Positions 25,428 through 34,238 of a stretch of DNA of 54,982 nucleotides are shown one piece after another. The notes below the pieces were generated by a model. It was not told the DNA's origin, did not search any database, and was given only the letters and a program-made list of their open reading frames with translations. Position numbers and translations under genes: made by a program. This DNA is from Candidatus Omnitrophota bacterium (GTDB lineage: Bacteria > Omnitrophota > Gorgyraeia > Duberdicusellales > 4484-171). Numbering within the stretch: position 1 is the stretch's first letter; every line of letters begins with the position of its first letter. Location: NCBI GenBank assembly GCA_017994375.1, contig JAGOLA010000002.1, forward strand, positions 1 to 54,982, written 5' to 3'.

Positions 25428-25729
25428 TTTTTACGCCCTTTTATAATTTGGCAACATCCGCCTTCTATGCGTATAGCCTTGATATGAACTAAAGCATCGG
25501 CAATTTTCTTATGCGCTAAAGCAATGATCCTTGAAATTGTAGAGCGATGGACTTTCATCTGCTTAGCAACCTGCTCTTGTGTTAAGCCTTCTAAATCCGC
25601 AAGGCGCATAGCTTCAAACTCATCAAGGCTTAAAGTCACACCTTCTAGCTTTTTATTTTTTTTACACTGGGGCCTAAAGCACCTTTCTCCAGGACGGCAC
25701 CTAATCCATCTTGTTTTTTTTGGCCTCAT
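25424..25729 (-). CDS. DUF134-family small DNA-binding protein, a candidate regulator of the operon.
   Basis: The N-terminus MRPKKTRWIRCRPGERCFRPQ is typical of DUF134. The C-terminal sigma-r4-like HTH reads LTQEQVAKQMKVHRSTISRIIALAHKKIA. It is the first gene after the promoter and palindrome. Confidence 0.7.
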   Translation of the reverse strand: MRPKKTRWIRCRPGERCFRPQCKKNKKLEGVTLSLDEFEAMRLADLEGLTQEQVAKQMKVHRSTISRIIALAHKKIADALVHIKAIRIEGGCCQIIKGRKK

Positions 25730-25744
25730 TATTTACTTGCTGTT

Positions 25745-25787
25745 ATGCACATATGTGCATTATAAAAAAAGTCGCTGCTTATGTCAA
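25745..25787 (-). promoter_or_regulatory. Consensus sigma70 promoter overlapping a perfect 16-bp palindrome, a candidate operator for the DUF134-ars operon.
   Basis: On the minus strand, TTGACA (25787-25782) is followed by a 17-nt spacer and TATAAT (25764-25759). The palindrome ATGCACATATGTGCAT spans 25745-25760. It abuts the -10 element and covers the expected transcription start. Confidence 0.6.
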
Positions 25788-25830
25788 TAAAAATATTAGC
25801 AGAAAAATTAGAAGAATCAGAATATTTAGG

Positions 25831-26892
25831 TTATTCGGAAAAGATTTTTTCGGAAAGTAATTCTAACTTTTGAAATTCGGCAAAAAAACGGGGATAATTA
25901 CGCATGACGGTCTTGAATTTACCTTTAATTTTACCGTCAGTAGTTTTACCTTCCCGCTGGAAAATAAAGAGGTCCTGTATGGCAACTTCTTCTCTCTCTA
26001 TTCCTCTTACTTCTGAAATATGAGTTATCCGGCGGATTCCATCTATGAAACGTTCCTGTTGTACTATTACATTAAGAGTATTTCCGATCATTTTTTTTAC
26101 CTCTTCGATCGGTATTTTTATTCCCGATGAGAGGACTAAAGCTTCCAGACGGCTAACTATTTCTAAAGGAGAATTACCATGGATTACGGCCAATGTTCCG
26201 CGATGGCCGGTTGACATAGCCTGAATCAAGTCTAGTGCTTCCGGGCCTCTTATTTCTCCAATAATAAGCCTATCCGGCCGCATTCGCAAAGAATTCCTGA
26301 TTAAATCCCGTAATGTTACTTCTCCTTTGCCTTCGGAATCAGGGGTTCTTGTTTCCATAGGTACTAAATTGCTATGGTGAAGCCTTAATTCTGCCGTATC
26401 TTCAATAGTTATTATTCTCTCTTGTTGCGGAATATGATAGGATAACATTTCCATAGTAGTAGTCTTTCCGGCACCAGTAGCACCGGAGAAAAGAATATTC
26501 ACTCTTCCTTTGATACAAGCGATTAAAAAATCGGCCATTTTCTGGTTTAAAGTTCCTAACTTTACTAAATCATCTAAACAACCGATATTTTTATCAAATT
26601 TTCGAATAGTGATCGTAGTACCACAACGAGCTAGAGGATAAATAATAATATTTACACGCGCCCCCTCTTCAGTACGAACATCTCCGTAAGGATAATAATG
26701 CGATATGGTTTTGCCTTCATTAACAAAAATATTACCTATAATATCGCGAAAATCTTCTTCGCTAAAATTAACATCGACTTTTTGCTTTTTTCCTTCTATT
26801 TCTACAAAGGTAGCTTCGGTACCGTTAATCATAATTTCGGTAACAAAAGGATCATCTAATAATTTTTTAAGTTTGTTTAAAATTTTAACCAT
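25831..26892 (-). CDS. CpaF/TadA-like secretion ATPase (short form, second copy).
   Basis: It has Walker A GATGAGKTT, then ITIEDTAEL, RMRPDRLIIGEIRGPEA and TGHRGTLAVIHGNSP. The N-terminal DPFVTEIMINGT motif fits the VirB11/T2SS-E superfamily. Confidence 0.8.
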   Translation of the reverse strand: MVKILNKLKKLLDDPFVTEIMINGTEATFVEIEGKKQKVDVNFSEEDFRDIIGNIFVNEGKTISHYYPYGDVRTEEGARVNIIIYPLARCGTTITIRKFDKNIGCLDDLVKLGTLNQKMADFLIACIKGRVNILFSGATGAGKTTTMEMLSYHIPQQERIITIEDTAELRLHHSNLVPMETRTPDSEGKGEVTLRDLIRNSLRMRPDRLIIGEIRGPEALDLIQAMSTGHRGTLAVIHGNSPLEIVSRLEALVLSSGIKIPIEEVKKMIGNTLNVIVQQERFIDGIRRITHISEVRGIEREEVAIQDLFIFQREGKTTDGKIKGKFKTVMRNYPRFFAEFQKLELLSEKIFSE

Positions 26893-26897
26893 AAAAA

Positions 26898-29066
26898 TTA
26901 TTCTTTAGGAATAAATATTTCTCTAGATAAGCTGATGCCGCGAGCAATCATTTCGTCGTAAAAAGTAGGAATATACCCTACAGAGGTAAAGTAACCTTTT
27001 ACCGCGCCTTTTTCATCTACACCGGTTTGGCGAAATTGGAATATATCCTGCATGTTTATGTGCACATCATCAAGCATATCTACCACTTCTGTAATTGCTA
27101 CTACTTTACGCGAACCGTCCGAAAGACGGGCGGTGTGGACTATTAGATTAAGAGCCGAAGAAATCATTTCTCGGATAGAACGAATAGGTAATTCTACACC
27201 GCTCATCAAAATCATGCTATCTAACCTTATTAAAACATCGTGAGTAGAGTTGGCGTGTATCGTAGACATACTACCATCATGGCCGGTATTCATAGCCTGT
27301 AACATGTCTAGAACTTCGTTTCCTCGAACTTCTCCTACGATAATTCTATCCGGGCGCATACGTAAGGTATTCCTAAATAAATCCTTTATAGTTATTTCGC
27401 CGCGGCCTTCTATGTTAGGCGGACGGGATTCCAATCTCACCCAATGAATCTGGTCTAATTTTAATTCCGCTGAATCTTCTATGGTAATTATCCTCTCGTC
27501 TTCGGGAATACCGGAAGATAAGATATTAAGGAAAGTAGTTTTACCGGAGCCCGTACCCCCAGAAACCAAAATGTTCTTTCTGGATTTTACCGCTGCATCT
27601 AAAAATAAAGCCATATCCGGAGTTAAACTTCCGAATCTACTTACTAAATCCTGCATACCATATCGTTCCCGGGAAAATTTTCTAATAGTTAAAGTTGGAC
27701 CGGTCAAGGAAAGTGGTGAAATTATAGAATTTACACGAGAACCATCGGGAAGACGAGCATCAACATAAGGTGTAGATTCATCGATGCGTCGGCCTAAAGG
27801 AGCAAGAATTCGTTCTATCACTAATTTTACTTGCTCATTGCCGGTAAACTTTTTACTGGTTAAAATAATTTTTCCTTTTCTCTCTATATAAACCTGGTCT
27901 TTATTATTGACCATAATTTCTGTTATGCTGGGATCTTTTAATAAATCTTCTAACGGCCCTAAAGCTAGAGCTTCATCTACTACTTCCTTGGTTATCTTCT
28001 TTCTTACTTCTAAAGACGATATAAATCCTCCGGCTTCTTTACTTATAATATTAGCGATAGCGCGTTCGGTTTTCTCCTTAAATTCAGCCATCTTTTGGGG
28101 GCTATAAGTATAAGTCTCTACAGGTAACTTTTTTAGGTCTAAATGCTCTAGAAGGGCATTATGTATTTTCTGTTTAAATCTAATGATTTGGTCTTCTTCT
28201 TCTTTCAATTCTATAGCTTCGGCTTTTTCCATTAAACCGATTTTCTGCCAAAATTGTTCATCTTGCTCTCCAAATTCCTCTCTACTTAGACGTATTTTAG
28301 AAAGCGTCTTATGCTCTATGTAGAGTTGTTTTCTCTCTACTAAATCCTTAGCTAATTTATCTATCGCTAAGGTTATTTTGGAAGTCGGGCTATCCACTAC
28401 TACCGGTATGCCCCTGTTAACAGCTAAACCTACTAATTTACCCTCTGAAGGTATTAAAGCCATTATCTCCGAAGGAAGTAAAGCTTTTATTTCCGGCCAA
28501 CTTATCGAGCCTTTGCTTTCGGAACGGTTAAGAATTATCTTAATCATCTCTAAAGGAAAACCGATGCTTTGTAAAGTATCCAAAAGCCATTCGGTTTGAT
28601 ATACCGATAAAATATCGGGTGTAAGTATTAAGAAAATAAGGTTAGAGATATCAAAAGCGGATATTAAATTATCGCTTAAATTATTGCCGGCATCGATAAT
28701 GATATAGTCAAATTCAGTTTTAAGAAAACTTAAAAAATTTTTTAACCCTTCAGGATTTATGTGAACTTTCTGAGAAATTTTAGCTATCGATGGCAAAAAA
28801 GACAGATTCTGTTGAAAATGTGCTAAATAATTATGGATATTTCTCTTCTTTTCTTGGAACTCCTTAACATGGCCGATAAGGCTATATAAGTAATACTTAG
28901 ATTGGATGCCTAACATTTTGGAGCTCGCCTGTGGTCCACCTAAATCTAAATCTAGAAGTAAAACCTTCTTTTCCCGTAAAGACAAAGCTACCGCGATGTT
29001 TAACGAAATTAAAGTTTTTCCTACGCCGCCTTTTGTGCTAAAAAAAGAAATTATCCTTGGGTCCAT
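26898..29066 (-). CDS. Fusion of a CpaE/TadZ-like ParA/MinD domain (N-terminal) with a CpaF/TadA secretion ATPase (C-terminal).
   Basis: The N-terminal part has FFSTKGGVGKTLISLNIAVAL...LLLDLDL, a deviant Walker A of the MinD/ParA type. The C-terminal part has DPSITEIMVNN, GGTGSGKTT, ITIEDSAEL, RMRPDRIIVGEVRGNE and TGHDGSMSTIHANS. Confidence 0.8.
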   Translation of the reverse strand: MDPRIISFFSTKGGVGKTLISLNIAVALSLREKKVLLLDLDLGGPQASSKMLGIQSKYYLYSLIGHVKEFQEKKRNIHNYLAHFQQNLSFLPSIAKISQKVHINPEGLKNFLSFLKTEFDYIIIDAGNNLSDNLISAFDISNLIFLILTPDILSVYQTEWLLDTLQSIGFPLEMIKIILNRSESKGSISWPEIKALLPSEIMALIPSEGKLVGLAVNRGIPVVVDSPTSKITLAIDKLAKDLVERKQLYIEHKTLSKIRLSREEFGEQDEQFWQKIGLMEKAEAIELKEEEDQIIRFKQKIHNALLEHLDLKKLPVETYTYSPQKMAEFKEKTERAIANIISKEAGGFISSLEVRKKITKEVVDEALALGPLEDLLKDPSITEIMVNNKDQVYIERKGKIILTSKKFTGNEQVKLVIERILAPLGRRIDESTPYVDARLPDGSRVNSIISPLSLTGPTLTIRKFSRERYGMQDLVSRFGSLTPDMALFLDAAVKSRKNILVSGGTGSGKTTFLNILSSGIPEDERIITIEDSAELKLDQIHWVRLESRPPNIEGRGEITIKDLFRNTLRMRPDRIIVGEVRGNEVLDMLQAMNTGHDGSMSTIHANSTHDVLIRLDSMILMSGVELPIRSIREMISSALNLIVHTARLSDGSRKVVAITEVVDMLDDVHINMQDIFQFRQTGVDEKGAVKGYFTSVGYIPTFYDEMIARGISLSREIFIPKE

Positions 29067-29069
29067 CGA

Positions 29070-30713
29070 TTAATCCATTTTATAAACTACTGGGATATCT
29101 ACCCATAAATCTTCTATATCTATACTAGGAGGGAAAGGAGGGAAAGGACTTAAAGATTTAGTAACTTCTAAAACATTATTATCAAAAAAATTATATCCCG
29201 ACGATTCGGCAACTCTAGCTTCTATAACTTCACCTTTATAATTAAGATGTACTTTTATCTTTACGGCTCCTTGCCAGCCGGCTTCTTTGGCTAAACGTGG
29301 ATAATCTAAAGCTTGGAAAATCATTCTCTGAATCCTTAAAATATAATCGTTTAATATCTCGTCTTTCTGAAGGTATTCAGGATATACCGCAAGTTTATTT
29401 TGAGGTTGATTCTTAATTTCTTTTATAGGCTTCTCGTCTTTAGCTTCTTCGCTGCTACCTACAAGTTTAGGGGTAAGAGAGATAACCAGTTCGGTTTGGT
29501 CATCCTGATAGTCTTTGGAGCGGAAAAGAGCTCCCAGAATAGGCAAGTTACCTAAGCCCGGAACCTTATTGATATCATCTTTGGTGACTTTATCTTTAAA
29601 TAAGCCAGAAATCATTATACCTTGGCCAGGCTTAAGAAGTAATACCGTAGAAGCATTACGGGTAGTAAAAGCTTTTATGATAGTTCCGTCCGAACGTGTA
29701 TATTGGCCTTCAGTAGATAATTCCTTGACTTCGGTAGTTAAATTCAGTTTAATAGTATCATCTTGGGAAACTACCGGCCTTATATTTAATTTTACCCCAT
29801 ATTCTTTATACTCGATATTTTCGGCTACAGTATCCCCTTGAGAAGTGGCGGTAACTGTAACTACCGGTATTTCTCCTCCGACTAAAAAATTAGCCTCCTC
29901 CCCAGATAAACAGAGAAGCTTTGGCCGGGCTAAAATCTTTCCTTTACCGTCGGTTATAGCGGCCATAATATCTACATCTAAAGCTGTCCTAGTCCAATCT
30001 ACTATCCTAAAAACATCCTTTAAGTTTCCTCCGGTTGCGGCAGCCTTACCGGTAATAGCTTCTGTTAAAGTAGTAGTTGGCGTAGGGGTACTACTAGGTT
30101 CACCAGTCCAATCAAAACCTATAGTTTGAGCAAGGCTTTTTGTTAATTCTAAAATCTGGCACTCTATTTCTACCATCTTACTTTCTTCTTTTATAGTCAA
30201 AAGATTATCAATGACTAAACTATTTCCTAAGTCATCTATAAATGAAGATAAGATTTTTTCTATTTGATCTTTCTCGTAAGAGCTTACTTTTCCTGCTACT
30301 ACTATTTTGCCGACAGCTTCATTGTCTTCAAAACGGACATTTTTTATCTTAAGGTCTTCCTGAATTAATTTCTTTAAACGGCGTTTTATCATCTGCAAAT
30401 CCTCTGATTGAACCGAAATGTAGAAATCTTTCGTTCCTTCGCTATCCCACACCGTTAAAACCGTATTTCCTCTCTGTTTAGCGGCAATTGTTATTTCTTT
30501 ATCTAAAACTTCACTTACTTCTAGTATATCTGGATTTCTTACAGAAACTCTGGAAGGCAAAGAAACTTTTAATACGACTATCTCTCCGATAACCATTGAT
30601 ATCTCTTCGGTATAAGAACCGCTGCTATCTAGAGAAAAAGGATCTTGAGAATAGACTTTGACGACGCTTAACAAAAATAATACTACTAAAATTCTAAGCA
30701 GTGTTCCCTTCAT
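29070..30713 (-). CDS. CpaC/RcpA-type secretin with a C-terminal TonB-C-like domain.
   Basis: The secretin core reads ...ILARPKLLCLSGEEANFLVGGEIPV...VPGLGNLPILGALFRSKDY... The tail YPRLAKEAGWQGAVKIKVHLNYKGEVIEARVAESSGYNFFDNNVLEVTKSLSPFPPFP matches the TonB C-terminal pattern. I placed the start at ATG 30713 (MKGTLLRILVVLFLLSVVKVYSQ), just after the cpaB stop. The track's TTG at 30743 is an alternative. Confidence 0.8.
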   Translation of the reverse strand: MKGTLLRILVVLFLLSVVKVYSQDPFSLDSSGSYTEEISMVIGEIVVLKVSLPSRVSVRNPDILEVSEVLDKEITIAAKQRGNTVLTVWDSEGTKDFYISVQSEDLQMIKRRLKKLIQEDLKIKNVRFEDNEAVGKIVVAGKVSSYEKDQIEKILSSFIDDLGNSLVIDNLLTIKEESKMVEIECQILELTKSLAQTIGFDWTGEPSSTPTPTTTLTEAITGKAAATGGNLKDVFRIVDWTRTALDVDIMAAITDGKGKILARPKLLCLSGEEANFLVGGEIPVVTVTATSQGDTVAENIEYKEYGVKLNIRPVVSQDDTIKLNLTTEVKELSTEGQYTRSDGTIIKAFTTRNASTVLLLKPGQGIMISGLFKDKVTKDDINKVPGLGNLPILGALFRSKDYQDDQTELVISLTPKLVGSSEEAKDEKPIKEIKNQPQNKLAVYPEYLQKDEILNDYILRIQRMIFQALDYPRLAKEAGWQGAVKIKVHLNYKGEVIEARVAESSGYNFFDNNVLEVTKSLSPFPPFPPSIDIEDLWVDIPVVYKMD

Positions 30714-30714
30714 C

Positions 30715-31551
30715 TTATTCTTTAGTTTCTTCTCCAGACTCAACGAATATTTCTTCTTTTTCCGTTCCCTTAAAAACTTTAATAACGTTAGGCGTACTTC
30801 TTTCCGAAATAGTAGTATACTTACCCAGCCTCATTAATAAAGTATCTAAAGTAACTACGGCGCGCCCTACTTCTTCGGCAGAATCATCTAAAGGCGGCCT
30901 TAACACTAGTCTTACCTTAGAGTTCTCCAATATATAGGTTAACAATTTTATATCTTCCGGCATAAGGGCTAAAGTTACTGTTTCAGCTTCCTGTTCTGCC
31001 ATCCTAAAAGAAGAAATATTCCTATCCACAGCCAAAACTTTGACTCCCTGAAAGATATTTTCAACAATTGTAGCATAGTTTTCTCCTTCTAAAGGCAAGT
31101 TAAATACCGCTACTATATCAACACGGTCATCGGGCTTAAGCAAGCCTTCAATTGCCGATATCTTATCGACCGGTATAGTTATGGCTCTCATACCCTTAGG
31201 AATGGCTTGAGAAAGAAACTTAATTGCTCCTAAAGACCTTATCATATTGCTGTTGATATGTTGTCCGGCTAAGATATCGACTATCGCAATTTTACCGATA
31301 GCTGATTCTAAAGAGGTTAAATCGCCGGGCTGAAAAGACTTGGATGTCGTCCTTTCTAACGTTACCATATCTTGAGTAATAGTAGCTTCGCGAGGAATAT
31401 CTGCCCGCGCTATCACTAGCTCTATCACCCGGCCTTTAGCGATAAGTTCCTGAATAAGTTGTTCTCTTTTCTGCATGTGGTTATGAAGCACCACAATAGC
31501 GATAATTCCTAACCCTAAACCAATAACTAAATTAAGAATCCTTTTATCCAT
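30715..31551 (-). CDS. cpaB: CpaB/RcpC-like Flp pilus assembly protein.
   Basis: It has an N-terminal TM anchor, a SAF-like region (...VIARADIPREATITQDMV...) and a CpaB-type C-terminal part. It sits immediately upstream of the secretin gene. Confidence 0.75.
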   Translation of the reverse strand: MDKRILNLVIGLGLGIIAIVVLHNHMQKREQLIQELIAKGRVIELVIARADIPREATITQDMVTLERTTSKSFQPGDLTSLESAIGKIAIVDILAGQHINSNMIRSLGAIKFLSQAIPKGMRAITIPVDKISAIEGLLKPDDRVDIVAVFNLPLEGENYATIVENIFQGVKVLAVDRNISSFRMAEQEAETVTLALMPEDIKLLTYILENSKVRLVLRPPLDDSAEEVGRAVVTLDTLLMRLGKYTTISERSTPNVIKVFKGTEKEEIFVESGEETKE

Positions 31552-31563
31552 TTATTCAAGATT

Positions 31564-32520
31564 TTATTTTAGTAAATTATCTTTGATGCCTACCTCGGAT
31601 TTAGCTTTGATATCTTTAAGCAAATTATTAATTGCCTCAAAGCTTTTTCTTTGTTTTAAAAGAAACTCTAACTGGTCATAAATTTTGTTTAAAGATTCCG
31701 GCTCTCCCTTTTTAATATCTTCTACCATTACTATATAATATTCTTGTTTATCAGGATTTTTAAATACACTGGAGGTTTGCCCTTTGTCTAAAGTAAGAAC
31801 CGCTTCCCAAAATTTGGTAAATTTCATATTGGGCTGATAAACTAAATACCCTAAGTCTCCTCCTTTTTTTGAGGATTCAACGATAGAATTAGCCGAAGCT
31901 AAAGAGGCAAAATTGCCACCCCGTAACAACTCTACTAACATTTCCTTAGCTTTAGCTTCCGAATCAACCACTATTTCTCTAACTCTTCTCTGCTCTATAT
32001 TTTCTAAAGTTTTTTTATATTCATTATTATAGAAATTTTCTACATCTAAGGGGGTAACGGTTATATCTTTTAAAACTCTATTTAATAAAGAGAAATCTAA
32101 GATTTCTACCGTACTCTGACGGATACTTCTAGCGATATCAGGCTCTTTAGCTAAACCACGTTTCTCGGCTTCTTGAGCCAGCAATTCTAAATTAACTAAA
32201 AGATCTAAATACACTTTCTTACCTTCCAGGGTAGCTAAATCAATGGTTTCAAGATAAGCTGGCACCATAGTTCTAGCTAAAAGGCCTAATCTTTCTACGG
32301 CTATTTCACTTTTGCCGTCATTAGCCTTAATAATTGCTTCTACTTGTTCTTGAAAATCCGAAAGCGGCAGGGCCCATTTGTTCACCTTAGCAAGAGTAAT
32401 CTCATTAGTTTTAGACTCTGAAGTTTTACCTAACTTTTTAGTAACGTTAGATAATTGTTCACAACCACAAAAGAATAAGACAGAAATAATTATCAGAACA
32501 ATAAAACTAAATTTCTTCAT
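31564..32520 (-). CDS. Parvulin-type peptidyl-prolyl isomerase lipoprotein (SurA/PrsA-like).
   Basis: It has a lipobox-like FFCGC sequence. The PpiC rotamase region reads ...REIVVDSEAKAKEMLVELLRGGNFASLA...KGGDLGYL... Confidence 0.7.
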   Translation of the reverse strand: MKKFSFIVLIIISVLFFCGCEQLSNVTKKLGKTSESKTNEITLAKVNKWALPLSDFQEQVEAIIKANDGKSEIAVERLGLLARTMVPAYLETIDLATLEGKKVYLDLLVNLELLAQEAEKRGLAKEPDIARSIRQSTVEILDFSLLNRVLKDITVTPLDVENFYNNEYKKTLENIEQRRVREIVVDSEAKAKEMLVELLRGGNFASLASANSIVESSKKGGDLGYLVYQPNMKFTKFWEAVLTLDKGQTSSVFKNPDKQEYYIVMVEDIKKGEPESLNKIYDQLEFLLKQRKSFEAINNLLKDIKAKSEVGIKDNLLK

Positions 32521-32701
32521 AACTCCTCCTTTTTATTTAAAATATATAATAAGTTTAACAATATAAACTTATTAAATCAAGCTTTTTTTAATCGTTGAAA
32601 GGGTATCTTTTTATTGCCTTTATGAAAATTCTGGTTTAAAATAAGCTAACGATACTAAGCTAAAAGACACCATAAATTTTAAGAAACTCTTAAAGGTGAA
32701 A

Positions 32702-33286
32702 ATGAAAAAGAAATGGCTTATTGTTTTAGATACCAGCATCTTTGTTAACCCGGATTCGCGGTTTTTATTCGGGCAGACACCGAGAGAAGCTTTTGGCAAT
32801 TTTCTTCAGAGACTAGAGAATAAGAGAGATGTTTCCTGTTATATACCCCCTTCGGTATATAACGAATTAATTAAATTTATCGAAAAAGCGCCGGCTGCGG
32901 AAAAAATGGTCCTCATAGAATTAAAACCTCCTTCTATTTATGAATCTCCCCTACCGGCAATACTGATTTATGAATTTATCGAAGAAATGAGAGCTAGAAT
33001 AAATAAAGGCTTAAGAGTAGCAGAAAAATATACTCGTAAAGGCCTCGACAACAATGGGCATTCCGAAAAAGAAGAAGATATTGTTAAAAACTTAAGGCAA
33101 GAATATCGTATAGCTCTAAGAGAAGACATTATCGATAGCAAAGAAGACTTCGACCTTATCCTCTTAGCCAAAGAGCTAAAAGCCTGTTTAGCTACTTCTG
33201 ACAAAGGCCTTATTAAGTGGGCCCAAAAATTAGGTATAACCTGTATCGACGCTATTGCCCTGCAAGAATTAATCAACTCTTTATAA
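32702..33286 (+). CDS. PIN-domain protein (archaeal RNA-ligase-partner-like). This is the only plus-strand gene in the window.
   Basis: ATG at 32702 lies 4 nt after AAGGTG. The translation has MKKKWLIVLDTSIFVN (Asp-containing strand 1 of a PIN fold) and a C-terminal ...CLATSDKGLIKWAQKLGI. It converges on the next gene and overlaps it by 14 nt. Confidence 0.5.
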   Translation: MKKKWLIVLDTSIFVNPDSRFLFGQTPREAFGNFLQRLENKRDVSCYIPPSVYNELIKFIEKAPAAEKMVLIELKPPSIYESPLPAILIYEFIEEMRARINKGLRVAEKYTRKGLDNNGHSEKEEDIVKNLRQEYRIALREDIIDSKEDFDLILLAKELKACLATSDKGLIKWAQKLGITCIDAIALQELINSL

Positions 33287-34238
33287 TAACCGTAACTATT
33301 TCTCTTATAATATCTTCGAGAGTAATTATGCCGTAAGTTTTTTTACCTTTTAGCACCAAAGCTATATTTTCTCTCTTGTTTTTTAAAGTCGCAAAGACTT
33401 CGTGCAGTTTTTGATTAAAACCCACTTTAGTAATCGGCCTTACAAACTGTTGCCAATTAGAATCGGTCTGATTACTATAAAATAGATCATAAATATTTAC
33501 AAAGCCAAGCACCTCTTTATTTCTAAAAACCGGATAACGAGTGAATCTATATTGTTTGACGATCGCAAAAATAGACGAAAGCGAATCGGTATAATCAAAA
33601 GCAATAATTTTTTTAGTTTTCACACAAAAATCTTTTACGGTATCTTTTCGAAATCCCATCACTTCCTCTATGGCTTCCTTTTCTCCGCGGTCAATACCCC
33701 CCTGGATTTCTATCTCTCTGACTAATTGTTTTATTTCTTCTTTAGTTACAAAAGGCGAACGAAATCGAGTTTTCTTTATAAAAATCCTTACCAAAACCTT
33801 GCTGGCAACCTCAACAGTTATAACTATCGGCGAGAACAATCTCGTAAAAAATTCAATTAATTCCACGGATTTATAACTAAAATCTTGGCTGAAAAACCGG
33901 CCAATATTCTTAGGAACTAGTTCGGCAAAAATGACTATAAAAGGGGTAAAAATAAACGTCGTCCACAAATTACTATTTTCTATACCGACTTCGGCCAAAA
34001 TAAAGGTAAGCAAACTAGTACTTAAAACTAACGAAACATTGGTTCCTACCAAAGTAGTGGCAAGAAACCTTGCGGGATTTTTAATAAATTCATAAACTTT
34101 CTTGGCTTTCGGATCTCCTTTAAGCTGGCGATGGCGTAACTGTAAAGTCGAAGACGAAATAAAGCTTATTTCGCTGGCTGCGAAAAAACCTTCCAAAATA
34201 ATCGCAGCTAAACAGCCTAGTAAAGATAAATAAATCAT
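33273..34238 (-). CDS. DUF21 (CNNM) + CBS-pair membrane protein without a CorC_HlyC tail.
   Basis: 321 aa. The N-terminal TM DUF21 region (...FFAASEISFISS...) is followed by CBS-like repeats. Confidence 0.7.
   Translation of the reverse strand: MIYLSLLGCLAAIILEGFFAASEISFISSSTLQLRHRQLKGDPKAKKVYEFIKNPARFLATTLVGTNVSLVLSTSLLTFILAEVGIENSNLWTTFIFTPFIVIFAELVPKNIGRFFSQDFSYKSVELIEFFTRLFSPIVITVEVASKVLVRIFIKKTRFRSPFVTKEEIKQLVREIEIQGGIDRGEKEAIEEVMGFRKDTVKDFCVKTKKIIAFDYTDSLSSIFAIVKQYRFTRYPVFRNKEVLGFVNIYDLFYSNQTDSNWQQFVRPITKVGFNQKLHEVFATLKNKRENIALVLKGKKTYGIITLEDIIREIVTVIIKS

Noticed and set aside
9980-32520. The locus could be a type II secretion or type IVa pilus system rather than Tad/Flp.
   Set aside because: The pilins are Flp-sized, with an EY motif rather than G/F(M)TLIE. 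The platform is split into two TadB/C-like genes. CpaB-like, CpaE-like and CpaF-like genes and an RcpA/CpaC-type secretin are present. There is no PilM/N/O/P set or GspC/L/M set.
32696-33286. The PIN-domain gene could be the toxin of a toxin-antitoxin pair.
   Set aside because: There is no small upstream or overlapping antitoxin ORF. The protein is larger (about 194 aa) than VapC-type toxins and resembles the RNA-ligase-partner type of PIN protein instead.
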